From the NCBI GenBank assembly GCA_013265495.1, contig MU058059.1, positions 2,269,502 through 2,333,501 on the forward strand: DNA of 64,000 bases, written 5' to 3'. The notes under the pieces are model-generated. The model searched no databases. It was not told the DNA's origin and saw nothing but the letters and a program-made list of their open reading frames with translations. Origin of the DNA: Vicugna vicugna. Taxonomy: Eukaryota. Shown piece after piece: positions 12,606 through 26,458 of this stretch; the stretch's first letter is position 1, and the number at the start of each line of letters is the position of its first letter. A program made the translations under genes and the position numbers.

Positions 12606-14003
12606 CAAACTGCATCGAAATATATCAGATAGGATTTCTCTTTCTATTTATGGGGAAAAATGTTTTCCTGAGTAAATGTAGAAGTATTTGTTTAAATGAA
12701 TAAGCTGAAGGCTTAATTAAGAAGCTTAATCTCAGAGAGGGTTTGCATCAAGCTTAGACACTGTGTGTGTAATACATGTCCATTGCCCTGTAAGCCTTTC
12801 GTGAGAGGAGGTCACCGTTAACCTCATGAGTTTGTGTGGTGGAATGTCTAGGCAGTGGGAGGTTCCGGAATGCTGCAGGGCTGAATGAATTGTGCACGTT
12901 TCTGGTTTCAATTTGGTTTACCTACTCTTGTTCGGGAAAATCTGGAGTACTGCCCTGGACTTTCGGTTCTGTGTGAATTGGCTCTGAGGAGGAGGTAAAG
13001 GAGTGCTCCAAGTCGCTGTTGAATTCTGAGCTTCAGGGATTGGGGTCCTGAGAAGTCAGTGGAGTGGAATCTGTCCTCTGAAATGATGCCATTGAGTCTG
13101 ACTTGCTGATGACAGGCCTGTGCTGTAAATCTTCTTCCACTGTTCATAAAACCTGTTTTATTTTCACATACAACTTGCTAATAATACAGCTCAAAACCCT
13201 GAAACAAACGAACAAACAAACAAACAAAAAACCAAAACAAAACCCACAACATTTTTCTGGAAGTGATTGCTTGAGAGTTCATATACCATAGACAGTTAAA
13301 TAAAACATTACGCTAAAGAAGCTGTCTTTCCCTCCACGAGGGAAATGAGGTGGGGTCACAAGCTTGAATAAATAAAAGTGTCACCATCAAGTACATTTTC
13401 TGCTTCTAACTTTCCCTTCCTTCTCATTACCTTCACTTCTGGTTTTCTGATTTATTAGTTATTCCACTAGAATGGTACATTTTCAAGGTCTATTTTTCAC
13501 CCTCACTTTCACTCTGAACACATGTTGGAACTTGTGTTTACTGTGTTAGTAAAGTTGGCTTTTTTCTAGGATGTAGCATGTGGGCAGAGTGAACCCACTG
13601 GCTTAGTATTGTGGCTGGAGGGCTGGTGTAGTTTTTCTTTTGATGATACTTCTCAGGCTCTCATACCTGAAAACAGGTCCTTTTCACTGGCTCCTGCCAG
13701 GCACAGACCTTCCCCCTTTCTCTCCTGGGGAGCACATTGGACAGCAGAGTCAGCAGGCAGGGTGGGCTAGTGGGAGAAGGCACACTTCCCAGCAGAAAGG
13801 TCAGTTCTCCTGGACACGGAGCACTTGATAGGAATACTGATAGTCATACCTCCCTCCCTTCAGAAGCTCACTGCCCTTCTTAGATATTTCAGTTTGGTCG
13901 AATGTTCAAATGAACTTGTCAGATTGAAGTAAGTTAAAGAGAGAAGGGTTTCCACGTGTGGTAAATTAGCAGGGAAAACCAGATTAGGATTAAAAATGTG
14001 TAT

Positions 14004-14328
14004 CTTGAGGGCATTATGCTAACTGAAATAAGTCAGACAGAGAAAGACAAATACTATATGATACCACTTATATGTGGAATCTAAAAGAATACAACAAAGT
14101 AGGAATATAACCATAAAAGCAGACTCACAGATACAGAGAACAAACTAGTGGTTACCAGTGGGAGGGGCGGGACAATATAGGGGATGGGGGAGTGGGAGGT
14201 GCAAACTACTGGGTGTAAACTAGGCTCAAGGATATATTGTATGACACGAGAATACAGCCAATATTCTGTAATAACTGTAAATGGAAAATAACCTTTAAAA
14301 CTGTATAAAAATAAAAAATTAACTAAAA
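14004..14328 (+). mobile_element. LINE-1 3' end (cetartiodactyl type)
   Basis: cttgagggcattatgctaactgaaataagtcagacagagaaagacaaatactatatgataccacttatatgtggaatctaaa...gagaacaaactagtggttaccagtggg..., followed by an A-rich tail. Confidence 0.9.
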
Positions 14329-17300
14329 AGTTGAGTCTTTTAATCCATTAAAAAAAAAATATATATATATATATATATTTTGAGTAAAAAGGGGGCCTAA
14401 TCAAACAGGAGGCTTTTGTAGTTAGGATATTACTGAGAACAGTCTCAAGATTTTTTTTACTAGAGTACTTCTGAATCTTTTGGTCAGGAATTGAAAGCAC
14501 TTACTTCATATTTTCACTGCCCATAACCGTAAGAAGCTAGAAAATTCTCTTCTGTGGTAAAATACTATGTTGTTAGTAATAAACCCAATATATACTGCTG
14601 TGAAAAAGAAAGGAAATTTATGATCTATATTTGATTGTTGACCTACAGAATGCCTGGATGTAAAAAAACAAAAAGAAAGAAAGAAAGAAACAAAAAAACC
14701 TTAAAGTAAACGTTCTGACATGATTTGAAATTGCTCCCTTTTCAAGTCAATGTGTATGGACATACAGAGGATACCCTCCAGCTGTGAGTCAGCCTATAGG
14801 GTGTACCCTAATCAAAGCCATACCAGTCAAGAAAAGATGTGTATTTGGGGAAAATAAGGTCCCAGAGTCATAGGAAGTACAATGGCTCTTTAGTTTAGGG
14901 AGATTGTCACAGGATAGGGTATTACTAGAATAGATAGTGTGTTATTACTGTTTTTTAAGTTAAGATCTCATGAAGTACCAACTGTTTTTTACTCCATATT
15001 TAATGGAGTTTAATTTAAAAAAGCCTCTCCTATAAATGGCCAGCAGCAGAAACCACTTTTATGCAGACAGGCACCTGAGTAGCATTTTCAGTAGTGAGAG
15101 AAGACCTTGGTTAGCAGGTGTGTAAAAAGAAGTCATATTCATAAAATTTAGGAACATACCTTGGGGTGTTCACCATTGGTGGTTCACTCGATAATCTTGC
15201 TCCAAGGTTTTCCAAGAAGGAGCTAGTGTCTTGATAACTGACGTGTGTTGGTGGGTCATGGTCATGGTTGGGGAAGTATTGGAGATTGTAAGGCTGCTGA
15301 AAACCATTGCATTAATGTCCTGGTTTTCCAAATTGTCCTCTACTGAAACAGATGGCCTGCCCCAACCCTGGTCGGTTCTCAGAAGTTGCACAAGCACCTG
15401 CATTCTAAAGGCTCAAAACAAAGCAGAACAAAAATCCTTGAGAAAAAAAAGTCCTGAAGAAATCCTAAACCCTGTATCTACTGTCTTTCAAAACCAAATA
15501 ATATTAGAACTTCAGTTCTGCAACATCTTTCTTTATTCTTCTTTTCATAGTTGGGGGTAACCTTTGATTTGAGTTTAAACGTCAATGTTTGATGTCAGCT
15601 TAAAAAAAAAACACAAAAAACCCTGGAATGGTTATTTTGAATCACCTTAAAAAAAAAAAAAACACAGCTCACCAAAAGCATCATTATGATCAGACTTCCC
15701 CCCTGTGACATTTAGGATGTATGTGACACAAAATATAGGCGCTGCTAACCAGCTCCCTAGCCCTTGTTAAGCTTTTTCCATTCTGCAGAGGCAACAGCTC
15801 TGAAATACAGAAGTGACTGCATTAAATCCTTGGCTGGCAGTTTTGTGTGGGATTGGGTATTGAAATGCAGCAAAGCAAATAATGAAGGCATATGTTTACC
15901 TATAATTCTTTTTACCTTGGGAGAAGGATTAAATAGGAGCAGTTTGGTTGTTGTCAAATTCTTAACAGTTGCTTTCAAGCATGAAACAGTCCCTGGGCTC
16001 TCGGAGGATTTACTTAGTGGTTTGAATAGAGAGGTCTTTACTGCTAATGGAACCGAGATGGCAGGCTTAAGCAATGGGGTGCTTTATAGCCTCTTTACCC
16101 ACTTGAGAAGATGGAACATCAAATAGCTGAAACCATCCGGGTCTCCATTGGTGTTTAGAAAGTTGTGCAAAATTGATGAATAAATAATTCAGGGTTGTAG
16201 AGATGTCTGGATGCCAGAAGTGTTGAGAGTATCTAAAAGCTCGATTCACCCAAGGTTTCGTTCTGCGAGAAATCTGGGAGCGTCTCCTTGAGCTCGGCCC
16301 CGGGGAACATTTACAGACGATGACATTTTCTATGAAAGAAAGAATTTTCACTTGGGATTGACTGAGCTTTGTAAGGAAATATTTCACTGGGGACTCCAGT
16401 CCTGGAAAAGTGTTATTCATAAAAACAAGAATATTTTATTTTCAGTGCAGATGGTTGGCAGTTACTTGTGTGTGTAGGCAGGGGCGTGTGTTTGAAATCA
16501 GCATAAAGATGATTGTGCAGAGTCTTAAGTAACCATTGAAGCTCTGTGCTAGTTAATGGTTAGGCTTTCAGGAAACACCTGTTGATGAGATGGGAGGGAA
16601 GGAGTCACGGTTTGATGGTAGCTGGTTGAAGCTTCCCCTTCATACTGTAGTCAGTCTGTTTGGGATCATGGTGGAGACAATTCTGGAATGTGGATTCTGA
16701 TGAGGAGGTGGGAAAGCAGGTGCTGGGGACCAACGGGATGGATGCATGAGTGTTCACAAACATCCTGACTCTCCTTCTTGGCACAGAGCAGGCCTACCTG
16801 CTTTTGTAGTTCCATGTCCATTTGAACATCCGTGGCCATGTGACTTGCTGTGGTCAATTAAATGTCACTTCTGGGCAGAAGCACTGAGGGCCAGTGCGAG
16901 GCTCACCGCATCCTCTGCCACAGCAAATTGCAGTATTTTGGCCCTGGGCCAGGAGGACTTGGAAAGCGCTCCAGCCACCCTGCAGTGTGGGGTATGCATG
17001 AGAAGTGACGTATTCCTGGGTATTTTGTGACTGTTGCTGTAGTTTCACTTGGCCTACCCTGACGGGTGTAAGCCTTGGGGTCCTAGGTTTTTCTTGAGGA
17101 AGAGAAATGTGCCCAAGAAGCCCTTTGGTGTTTCTCTACCTGGGGTGGAGCAGAGGAATTCCTGTGCTGACCTGGCCAGTCCGAGGTCACACAGCTAATA
17201 ATTGGTGAACTGGGATTTCAACCCAGCCACTAGAATCCTTGCCCTAAAGAATTTTAATTTGATTGTTAAATGAAGAAGAGAGGGGTATTCTTGAATTTTT

Positions 17301-18349
17301 ATGGGTCATACTTGGACCTCATTTTCTGAAGCATGTAGTTTACGGGTCTTTTTTGGTTTAAGACTCCTCAAATGTGTGCTGTGTGTATGTGTTATTGCTT
17401 TATCCTCTGAGCTTCGAACCACCTATACTCTCCCATGTCTCTTTTATGATGGAAGGGATCAGGGCTCTCATGTGAGAGGAATTGATACTGGGCTCCCTGT
17501 GGTCTGTGCTGGGTTCCCTAATTTATCCGTTTTGTCCTTTCAAAAGGAGCTGTTTCTGCAGCTATTTTCTGCAGGATGAAAACAGTTTGAGGCAAAGACC
17601 CCTAGTGAACTTGGGACCATGCCTGAGATTTGTTAGTCTTGGTGAGGTGCTGTCAGGTGGGCCCTTGAGGAGCACAAATGCAGCTGAAACAGGCCTGGAT
17701 GACACGTCTGCTATGGGCCACACTGTTGGGCCCCAGATCATAGGGTGATTATGGAGAGACGGGCCTCAAGGTGGGCTGCCAGCCCTCCTGCTGGTGTGGG
17801 AGTGGTCAGTGAGCTGGGACAGGAACAAAGAATCGGCCACTGACATCAGCTGCAATGCTGAGTAGGACAGGAGGCTGGTGGCTGGGAAGGCGGCAGGGAT
17901 GCGAGGCTCCCGGGAGAAACTGGACCCTTTTAATCTGAGAGTTGAGAGTTAGATGCTTGGCTTGGGCTGGCTTTGTGTATGTGTGTCTGTGATGTGGGAG
18001 AGAAAGAACACAAAAATGGGGTCATGGAAACAAGCCAAAGTTTGGCCAAGTTCTCCTCTGAACCCACAATCCCTCCAAGAGATTTTTTCTAGGCATAAGA
18101 GGAAAAATCATTTTCTGAACTTTGCATTCCTGATTTTTCTGTGATTCTGGGCAGTCACTTGTATAACATTTTAAATTCTAAATCCTTTGTATGTGAGACT
18201 TGCTTTCTTTAAGTGCTATTTAAATTTTTGGAAATGATCATTTTTCTATTTTCCTTTTTTGTTGTAAGGTCATTTCTTCTTGGGGCAATATTTTACAATT
18301 TAATTACTTAAAAATGGCTTTGCTTCTAGTGTAAATCTCACTTTTATTT

Positions 18350-18810
18350 GGAAAAAGTATATTTGTTCATTGCCAGAAATTGCTTTATGTTTTTAACCCT
18401 TTTTCTGGTTATGTGAGTCCTATATCGTCAGAGGAAAACCCAGAAACTACCACAAAATATCAAAAAAAAAAACCTAAAAAACCCCCAAACGAAAGCATAA
18501 TCCAATTACGCAATGGAGCACTATTAACAATTTTTAAAAATTTCCCCAGGTTTCTGTGTATGTTTATATGCATCATCCATGTGGATTTCTATGCAAAAGA
18601 GGGCATATGTTACGTATGTTATTTTTATAGCTTGCTTTTCTTCAGTGACCACAATCGTCATTATTGTCCAGGCTGAGAAATAATACCGGAGAATGTGATT
18701 TTTAGTAGCTGCATCTGACTTTAATACTGTTCCGTAGTTTATCTAGTCTTACTCTTCGCAGTGTTGACTGTTGGGTTGGTAGGAAGACTTTTACTACGTA
18801 AGATGCCACG
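18350..18810 (-). mobile_element. Ancient L1 (L1ME-like) fragment
   Basis: Degenerate motifs (cactattaacaattttt, atagcttgcttttcttcagtg, tttttagtagctgcat) typical of old L1M 3' UTR on the minus strand. Confidence 0.45.
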
Positions 18811-19494
18811 TTGAATGTCTTCATTTCCATATGAGCTGAGAAGGCCTAGGGTAATAAAAATAACTCCTGTTTCTAAGCTCCTTCCACGTGACAGGTACTG
18901 GACCTGCTATGTACCTGAGAAGAGCCCAGTGAGGAGCCTGGCTTTGCCCCCCCACCAAGAAACAGCAATCTGGTGCCCGCGGTTGCTGGCCGTGGTGCTG
19001 GGCTGTGAACCCAGGACTTCCGGCTCCAGCCCCAGCTCTTCCCTGCCCCCAGCTGCAGCGCAGGCCTGCACAGGGAACAGGGGGCCAAGTGATGACAGAA
19101 GGACTGCTGAAAATCGTCTGGGAAAAGCTATCACGATTAAACAGAAACCTGCCCAGGCTGGTGGGTCCGAAACGAGATCAGACGTGAATGTATGGGAAAC
19201 TATCAAACCCCAGCTTCTGGCATTTTGGATTAAAAAGAGACCTGGAGTGATTTGCCTAAGGCCACAGCGCTGATGCTCTGTAACTGCCAGGGGACCCCAG
19301 CCGTGTGGTGGCCCCCCCCCACCGTGTTCTTTCCTTCCCCTGTACTGGACTCTGCAGGCCTACTGAGGCATGAAGGACTAGGGTCCCAATTCTCCATTCA
19401 TAAGGGGCACAGAGTCCATCTGTACAGGGACTTCTTTCCATGTTACCTAGTTTGAAGTCAGTGTCTTAACAAAATACGAGGGTGGTCTTACTGT

Positions 19495-19560
19495 AGACTG
19501 GCTAGATTTGAACCCCAGCTCCACCTCTCTCCTAGCTGTGTGGCCTTGGCAAGTTATCTC
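19495..19560 (+). mobile_element. MIR fragment
   Basis: gactggctagatttgaaccccagctccacctctctcctagctgtgtggccttggcaagtta. Confidence 0.75.
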
Positions 19561-20536
19561 AGGGACAGGTTGTGGCATGTCTCACGCCCTATGTGCTGTG
19601 TGAGCGGCCGCTGTCTGAGGACCCAGGCAAGATGCCTTTGTCAGTTCTCTCCTTCAGCTGGGATCTTCAAGGACTTTGAAGAAATCTTTTTTTTTTCCCT
19701 CTAACAAAATTTACAGAAGCTCTACGAGAGGTTGAAAGATAGCGATAGCTGTCATGGAGGGTATATGTTTAAGGAGAGTAACAAGATAGAAGTATTTGGG
19801 GAAAAGAAGCTTTTAGAAGACTAAGAAGACTTCCAGTTCAAAGATTTTTTTAAAGCGGGTTCTAGGCTGTCATCTCAAATACATTTCCTTTGTTTTCCAA
19901 TATGAAAGTTGTTGGGGAAAAAAACACAACAGAACAACCCAGTCGTGTGTCAGTAAGTCAGAGATTTCCAGCTTTCCTAGCTTGCTTTCACCTGCTCGTT
20001 TTCCAGCTCTTATACTGAATGCAAATAGATGTTTTTAAAAGTCTGCTTTCCCACACGATTTGATTCAGTTTGCTGTTTGTGGCTTAAAAATGAAGGAGTG
20101 TGGCCTAATCCTGGCCCGATGGTAGAATTATACTGCAAGGTAAGAGAATAGAAAGTGAAGCTTTCGTTACAATTCCCCCGTGCTGTCTTGCATGGAAACA
20201 TGGGGCCACAGCAGGGGACTTGAGGCTCTTCCAGGTGCTTATACTGTCTTTGTCTGTCACCAGTGACGTGGCGGTGAGACCAATGATGGTGGTTGGTGTG
20301 CGGCATTGGCAGTCACGGGCCCCTAGAACGGGCCGCCCCCATGCCTCCTGGCTTCATTCTTCTGTACAAGAGAGGGAGAGGGTCCTTCTTCCTGTGAAGG
20401 CTGAGTGAGATGGAGGACTTCCGTGATCCCTCACCTTTTCCTTTTCCTCTGGTCATGTTGTTCACCCGGGAAAGACGGGCTTTGTGGACCGATCATCAGA
20501 ACTTAATTCTCCACGTCAGGACCGTGTTCTAGGTTG

Positions 20537-20729
20537 TTTTTTTCTTTCTCTTTTTCTTTTCTTTCTTTTTCTTCCTCTTTTTAAATTGAAGTATAGTCAG
20601 GTTACAATGTTGGGTCAATGTCCGGTGTACAGCATAATGTTTCAGTCATACATGTACAATCATATATTCATTTTCATATTCTTTTTCATTATAGGTTACT
20701 ACAAGATGCTGAATATAGCTCCCTGTGCT
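20537..20729 (-). mobile_element. Short LINE-1 3' end with T/C-rich tail
   Basis: (T/C)n, then aaattgaagtatagtcaggttacaatg...ttcattataggttactacaagatgctgaatatagctccctgtgct; homologous to the other young L1 ends in the window. Confidence 0.9.
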
Positions 20730-23039
20730 TGGGTTTGCTTTTAAATTAGGTTATTTTCTTATACTATCCAAGTGGGTGATGTGACCGATAGTATGAAAGG
20801 GTGTCCCCTCTGGGAGACTGGCACTCGGTTTGGAAAAGACTGTCCCCTCCCGCCCCGCCTCTAAAAGCACGTAATAATCTTTACACCTTGGCAGGGTCCA
20901 CATAGCCTAGGCCTGATATGTAGGGTTTATGCAGCAAGACAATTTTCTGTCTCACAGTCTCGCATGTAGGGACCTAAAAAGTGCTGTCAGAGACTTTAGC
21001 TGGCAACCAGAGCAGCGTGTGGGAGGGGGCACATTGTGTAGAATGGATGCACACCCCTATCCCCGTGATAAAGCTGGTGGCTTCCTGAATGTGAGAACCT
21101 TCTGGTCATGAACTGTGGTGTGGACATTCATGCCTTTGCTCGGGGTCTGAGCCCTACCTGGTCTCCTCCAGGTCCCACTCCAGGTTGCTGGGGTTACAGC
21201 GGTGAGGTTTTGGACCTGCTCTGATGCTCTGTCCAGTCACAACCCCCACTGGTAATTCCTGGTACTTGGCTGCCTTTCCCTTGGACTCCAGGCTCCGTCT
21301 GGCCTCCCCACCCTGTGCAGGCAGCTTAGTGGCCTCCCTCTGTGAAGAGAAGTCCTGGTCCCCTCTGTTCTGGTGGCTCTGGGATGACTCATACTGCACT
21401 CAGGGTGGAATTAGGATTCCTTCCAGAATCTGTCGTCTCTATCCCTTGCTGTTTCTACCACCTTCTGACCCCACTGACCTGCACGGTCACCCACTCTGTC
21501 CTTGCTCTGAGCAGGGGTTTGCCCTTTTCCATTTTTTTGGCCACGAAACATCATAGTCATTTGGAGCCTCCAGACCTTGGCCTTTCCTTTGTCAGAGTCA
21601 CACCTCCCTCTCCACCCCCCCACCTCTGCTGGAGGGCCTGGGTAAGCCCCGAAGCTAGACAGGGAAGTGGTTCACTCTTCACTGTCATGGGTCTTGTGTC
21701 CTGTCCTTGGCCTCCTGGCCATCCTGCCCTTGGGGTTCCAGCCCCTGAGAGTCGGATCCTGTCTGCCCAGTGCAGGCCTCTCCTAGTACACACACATCTG
21801 GTGGGTGAAGGTCTTTATCCTAGTGTTTCAGGGCTGGACTCCAGGCCTTGGGGGATCGTGGGAGGGAGCCTTTGGGATGCAGAATGCCCAGGGGCCTGTG
21901 CTGATGCTTGGTTCATTCCAGCAGGTGTTAGGAAGCACCTGCTCCCTGTTGGGCCTGTGCTTGGTCTAAGGGCAGATGAGGATGAGGCCCCAGTTGGGGA
22001 CCAGAGGCGCTAGCATCCCCATGTGTGGGCTGGGCTTACCTTAGGTGCCATTGGAAATGTTCCTGATGGGTTTTTGTAGTAGGGAGTAGAACTGAACTTT
22101 AACCCAGCTATTTTCCCCCTCAAAGGAGCAGCGAGGAGACCAACAGGACAACTTAGTGAGCACACAGGTTGGGATGAAAGCCGTGCTAAAGTTCCGTTTA
22201 TTCCAAATAAGAGGCCCTGTGTACGTGGAAATGCTGGTGTGGGCAGCTCCCCTGACTTCCCTATTTGAAAACAAAAAAGCCAACTTACTTTTTTCTAAGA
22301 GGATTGATAGAATTTTTAAATGGCCATATGGCAAATATACCAAATATATTTAGTATGTATTTCAATAGAAATATAAAAAGTATATATGTTAGGATACATG
22401 GTCCAAGGGCCACTAGTAGGTTTCTGTACGCCAGGCTGGATTTTTTAAAGTATCTGAAGCATTCACTAATTTTTCACTTTACCATCAAAATATTAAAATA
22501 ATTCAGAAACAAAAAAGGTTAAGTCATTTAATGATTCTGCTTAAAATTAATGCAGCTGATTTGATGTATGTCTGTTGTTCCCAGTCATTATCTCTGAAGT
22601 GAAAGCTGAAAAAGATAACACAGCTGTCAGTCTGTGTCTTTCATAGCATTGCAAACACGGTACAAAACCCTGATTCTAAATCAGACGTGTCTTCTTCCAT
22701 TTTATTTAAAAGAATAACAAATTTAAATCATAGTGTGATCGGCCAGAACCATTAGTTGGCATCTTAAGAGTCATTTAAAGAATGTGCTTTAATTTAAGCC
22801 AAAAGGAACACTCAATTAGAATTCGTTTCCATCTTACTTCTGTTGTTTTTTTGGCTGTATTCAAAGTGAAAATTTTTCCTATTTTAAATTCTGGCTTTGT
22901 CTGACTGTTTGTAATTCCATTGCTCCACAAATCATCGCCTGCCTGACCCCGTGTCAGGCGCTGTTGGAGATGCTAGCAGTGGTTAAACAGGGCTGACAAA
23001 CGCTCTGCCTTCAGGGAGTCCCCATTCTGTGTATGTCCA

Positions 23040-23225
23040 CCTCTGTGTGCCAGGAGCCAGGCTGCGTACTGTCCGTGCATGGGTTGTTTTAATCCTCGTA
23101 TCAGTCTAGAGAGGAAAGCACTGTTACTGTTTCAGTTTGACGGACAAGGGTGCGGAGACTTGATGCATTTTTGCCGTCTCAAGCCTTGCAGGGGACAGGC
23201 TGGATTTCCAACCCGTCTCTGTTTG
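23040..23225 (-). mobile_element. MIR (degenerate)
   Basis: ctgtgtgccagg...tttaatcctcg...ggctggatttccaaccc follows the reverse complement of MIR. Confidence 0.55.
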
Positions 23226-23351
23226 CCCTGGTTTGGTGACATCTGTGCAGTGGGAGAGGCCTTTTGAACCACTAGGTTAGCTTCAGTGAGGAGCTGGCCT
23301 GGGACCACTTAAATTTGGCCTTAGCAACTGTGCTTAAAAAGGGTGCCAGAC

Positions 23352-23538
23352 AGTGAACTCTGGGGAATGGTGACATGTCAGTGCAGGTCATCAGTCATGA
23401 CAGCCCCGCCACCCTGGTGGGGGTGTTGGTCATGGGGGAGCCTGTCCAGGTGTGGGAGTCGGGAGATCTCGGTACCTTTCCCTCTATTTGGCTGTGAACC
23501 TAAAACTGCTCTGAAAACGGAAAGTCTTTTTAACAAAA
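23352..23538 (+). mobile_element. L1MC-type 3' terminus
   Basis: atgtcagtgcaggtcatc...ctggtgggggtgttg...gtacctttccctctatttggctgtgaacctaaaactgctctgaaaa; same terminus as 61900-62100. Confidence 0.8.
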
Positions 23539-24789
23539 TGGTGGCAGACATGTAGAAGCAGCCTCAGAGGAAAGCCATCAGGATGGTGGAAGTGCCAGCC
23601 GTATCCTAGGAGGGGGATTTTCAGGAATTATTGAACTTATTGTTGAATTATTGAATTACTGATCCATGGGTAGAAGGTTCTGGAAGGTGGGTTCCAGGTC
23701 AGTAAAAGGAAGAGCTGTCTCACCTGCCCACGGGAGGGATGGAGTGCCTCATTAATGAAGGTCCTGGGCCTGTGGTTGTGGTCAGGACTGAGGTCCAGAT
23801 GGATAACCGTTTATATCAGAGTCACTGGCCACTTGTTGGGAGGATGATTTCTGGCTGCCCTGAGATGTTTTGAGTCAGTAGTTTTAGGTAGGGGCCGATC
23901 CTCTGAATTTTCAGTCGGCATCATAGATGTCCCTTTGTAGGGGAGGGAGGGAGTGGTGGTGTCCTCTGCTACAGAGGACACAGAGGTACAAAGGGCAGTG
24001 GGGTGGTTACGCGGGGAGGGAGAATCAGGGCAGAGGTCACGGCATTCAGTCATGGAGAGAACCCTGGAGGAGACCCCAGGCTGCGGAAGTGTTCTGAGTG
24101 TAGGGAATTTGAAGTGTGGAGGCAGCCACGCTGAGCTGGCTCATGTGAGCTCAGCAGAGGTGGGATGGTGGCGGAGCAAGTGGGGAGCCCGGCAAGCTTC
24201 AGAAGAGGTCCAGGGATGAGGGCAGACATGCCCATGTCGGTGCCTGGTGGGGGCGGAGTACTGGGGAAGAGTGCGTGGTTAAGACAGGAGGAGAGATGAG
24301 GGCGGAGGAGGATGGCCTTGGGTGGCAGGGGTTCCTGGGACAGCCCTGAGGTGCTGGTGGAGCTGCAGGGTGCTGGAGGGACCCAGAGCACAGAGGAGTC
24401 TCCTGAGAAATTGGGTCACGGAGAGGTGCTGAGAAGTAGGGCAGTTGCTTGGAGGGGATGTAGAAGGAAGGTTTGAAAACAGTTTAAAAAATGGGATAGA
24501 CTTTTGGCCTATTTGCTGATTTATTTTAGAATTGGGAGCGAGAGAATTAAAGGAAAAAAAATGGGAGTAATGCTTTTAAAGTTTCATCTTTGTTCCTTTA
24601 AAATGTTTTGTCTCATGAACTTGGAAGAAATCTTTTAAGAAGGTGATGGATTTCCGTTGCCAGTCTCTTACACAGGCATGCCCTGGTGAAGGGGCTTGTA
24701 TGAGACCACAGCTTTGTTCTTGTCTCCTAGAAGAAGATGAACACATCCTGTGTACCAGTTTCTGCCGCCTTATCCAAGAAGGGGAGGGT

Positions 24790-25135
24790 GCTGTACAGAA
24801 GAAATTAAAAAAATCTATTTTATATATAGTAGTTAATATTTGCAAATCTCGAACTCCCAGTTTATCCCTTACCACCCTCTTCCCCCCCTGATAACCATAC
24901 ATTTGTTTATTATGTCTGTGAATCTGTTTCTGTTTTGTAGGTAAGTTCATTAGTGTCTTCTTTTTTCTTTTTCTTTTTAGATTCCGCAATATCTTGTAGT
25001 AAGCTATAATGAAAAAGCATATGAAAACAAATATATATATGCATATACGTGACTGAAACACTATGCTGTACACAGAAATTGATACATTGTAACTGACTAT
25101 ACTTCAATTTAAAAAATAAATTAAAAAAAAAGATT
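24790..25135 (+). mobile_element. LINE-1 3' end with 5' inversion (24790-24987 inverted, 24987-25135 sense)
   Basis: The first part is the reverse complement of the L1 3' UTR from ggaatctaaa to tgtacagc. The second part resumes in sense at caatatcttgtag and runs to the poly-A. Degenerate TSD aagaaggggagggt and aaaaaggggggagt. Confidence 0.88.
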
Positions 25136-25984
25136 AAAAAGGGGGGAGTTGTTCCCATGCATAGTGTGGTATTAACATGTGCCCATGTGGTGGTTTTCTA
25201 CCTGGAGCCTGAGATCAGCTCACTCTACGTGCCCTGTGAAAGTGAGACCCCATGTCCAGGATCTGATTTTCCTCTTTAATTGAATGTCACGTTAAATTCC
25301 AGACCCTCGGGGACAACCATGCAGAACCATTTTCCCCGCATCCTGACTTGTTTTCCTAGCCTATAAATCTATGTCCTGTTTCATTTAAAACAGATGTACG
25401 TATCTAATTAAGAAGGTTTTTAAAGTCATGAGATTACCAAGTAATCTTGAATCCAATCCTCTGGAATTGTTAACCAAATCACCCAATATCTTTAAGCTCA
25501 AAGAGTCCTTTCAGCTTTAAATGGAAACTGAATCCCACCGAGAAAATATTACCCAGTCTCATCAAAACCCGAGTTTATTTCCTTCTTTGTTTCTCCTTCT
25601 CCTTTCTTAAATAATCAGTAAGCTTGCTTTTCTACAGCAGTGATTCTCGACTTCAGGGGCTGTGATGAGATATGTTTCTTCCCGTTACCTTGGCTGTAAT
25701 GACACATCTGTACTCATAACGATGGGGAGTTAAGTGACACGGGGCTGACTTTGTAGCTTTCTGATACACCAGGGGATTCACTGGGGCACGCCTGAGGATG
25801 GTGGAGTCCAGTTTGGAAAGCAGATGACCGTCTGGAGATACAGAACTGTTTCCTGCGTGGATGGCAGATGGGTGGTTTCCCTGACACTGCCCCTTCTCTG
25901 GGGTCTGGGCTTTTCCTGGCCACTGGTTTAATGCCATATGTCCATCAGGGGTGAGGCAGTAACACTGGCCATGGGCCTTAATGA

Positions 25985-26458
25985 ATTTTTCCCCCAGCTT
26001 TGTAATTGACAAATAAAAAATTGTGTATATTTAAAGGAGACCCATACAGGTACATTTGGTATATATATACATTGTGAAATAATTAACCACAGGCAAGCTA
26101 ATTATAACACCCCATCACTTCACGTAATTACATTTATTGATGTATTTATTGTAGTGAGAACATTTAAGACCTACTGTCTTAGCAGACCTCAAGTGTGCAA
26201 TACAGTATTATTAACCATAGTCCTCATGCTGGACATAGATTCCCCAGAGCTGAAAGTTTGTACCTTTTGGCCATTATCTCCCCATTTTCCACACCTGCCC
26301 ACCCCTTACCCCCGTTCCCGCCCAGACCCTGGAAACCACCATTCTACTCTCTGCTTCTAGGAGTTCGACTGTTTTAGATTACATATGTAATTGAGAGCAT
26401 GAAGTATTCATCTTTCTGTGCCCGGCTTATCTTCCTTCACATCATGCCCTCCAGGTCT
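25985..26458 (-). mobile_element. L1MA9-like 3' end
   Basis: taattgacaaataaaaaattgtgtatattta...gtgagaacatttaagacctact...caatacagtattattaaccatagtc...ggaaaccaccattctactctctgcttct. Confidence 0.88.

Noticed and set aside
21342..22013. Longest ORF in the track (223 aa, +)
   Set aside because: Non-ATG start, Pro/Leu/Gly/Ser-rich composition typical of GC-rich non-coding DNA, no recognisable domain, and overlapping ORFs in other frames.
23660..23850. Possible CR1/L3 3' remnant
   Set aside because: Similarity to the recalled consensus is too degenerate to support without an alignment.
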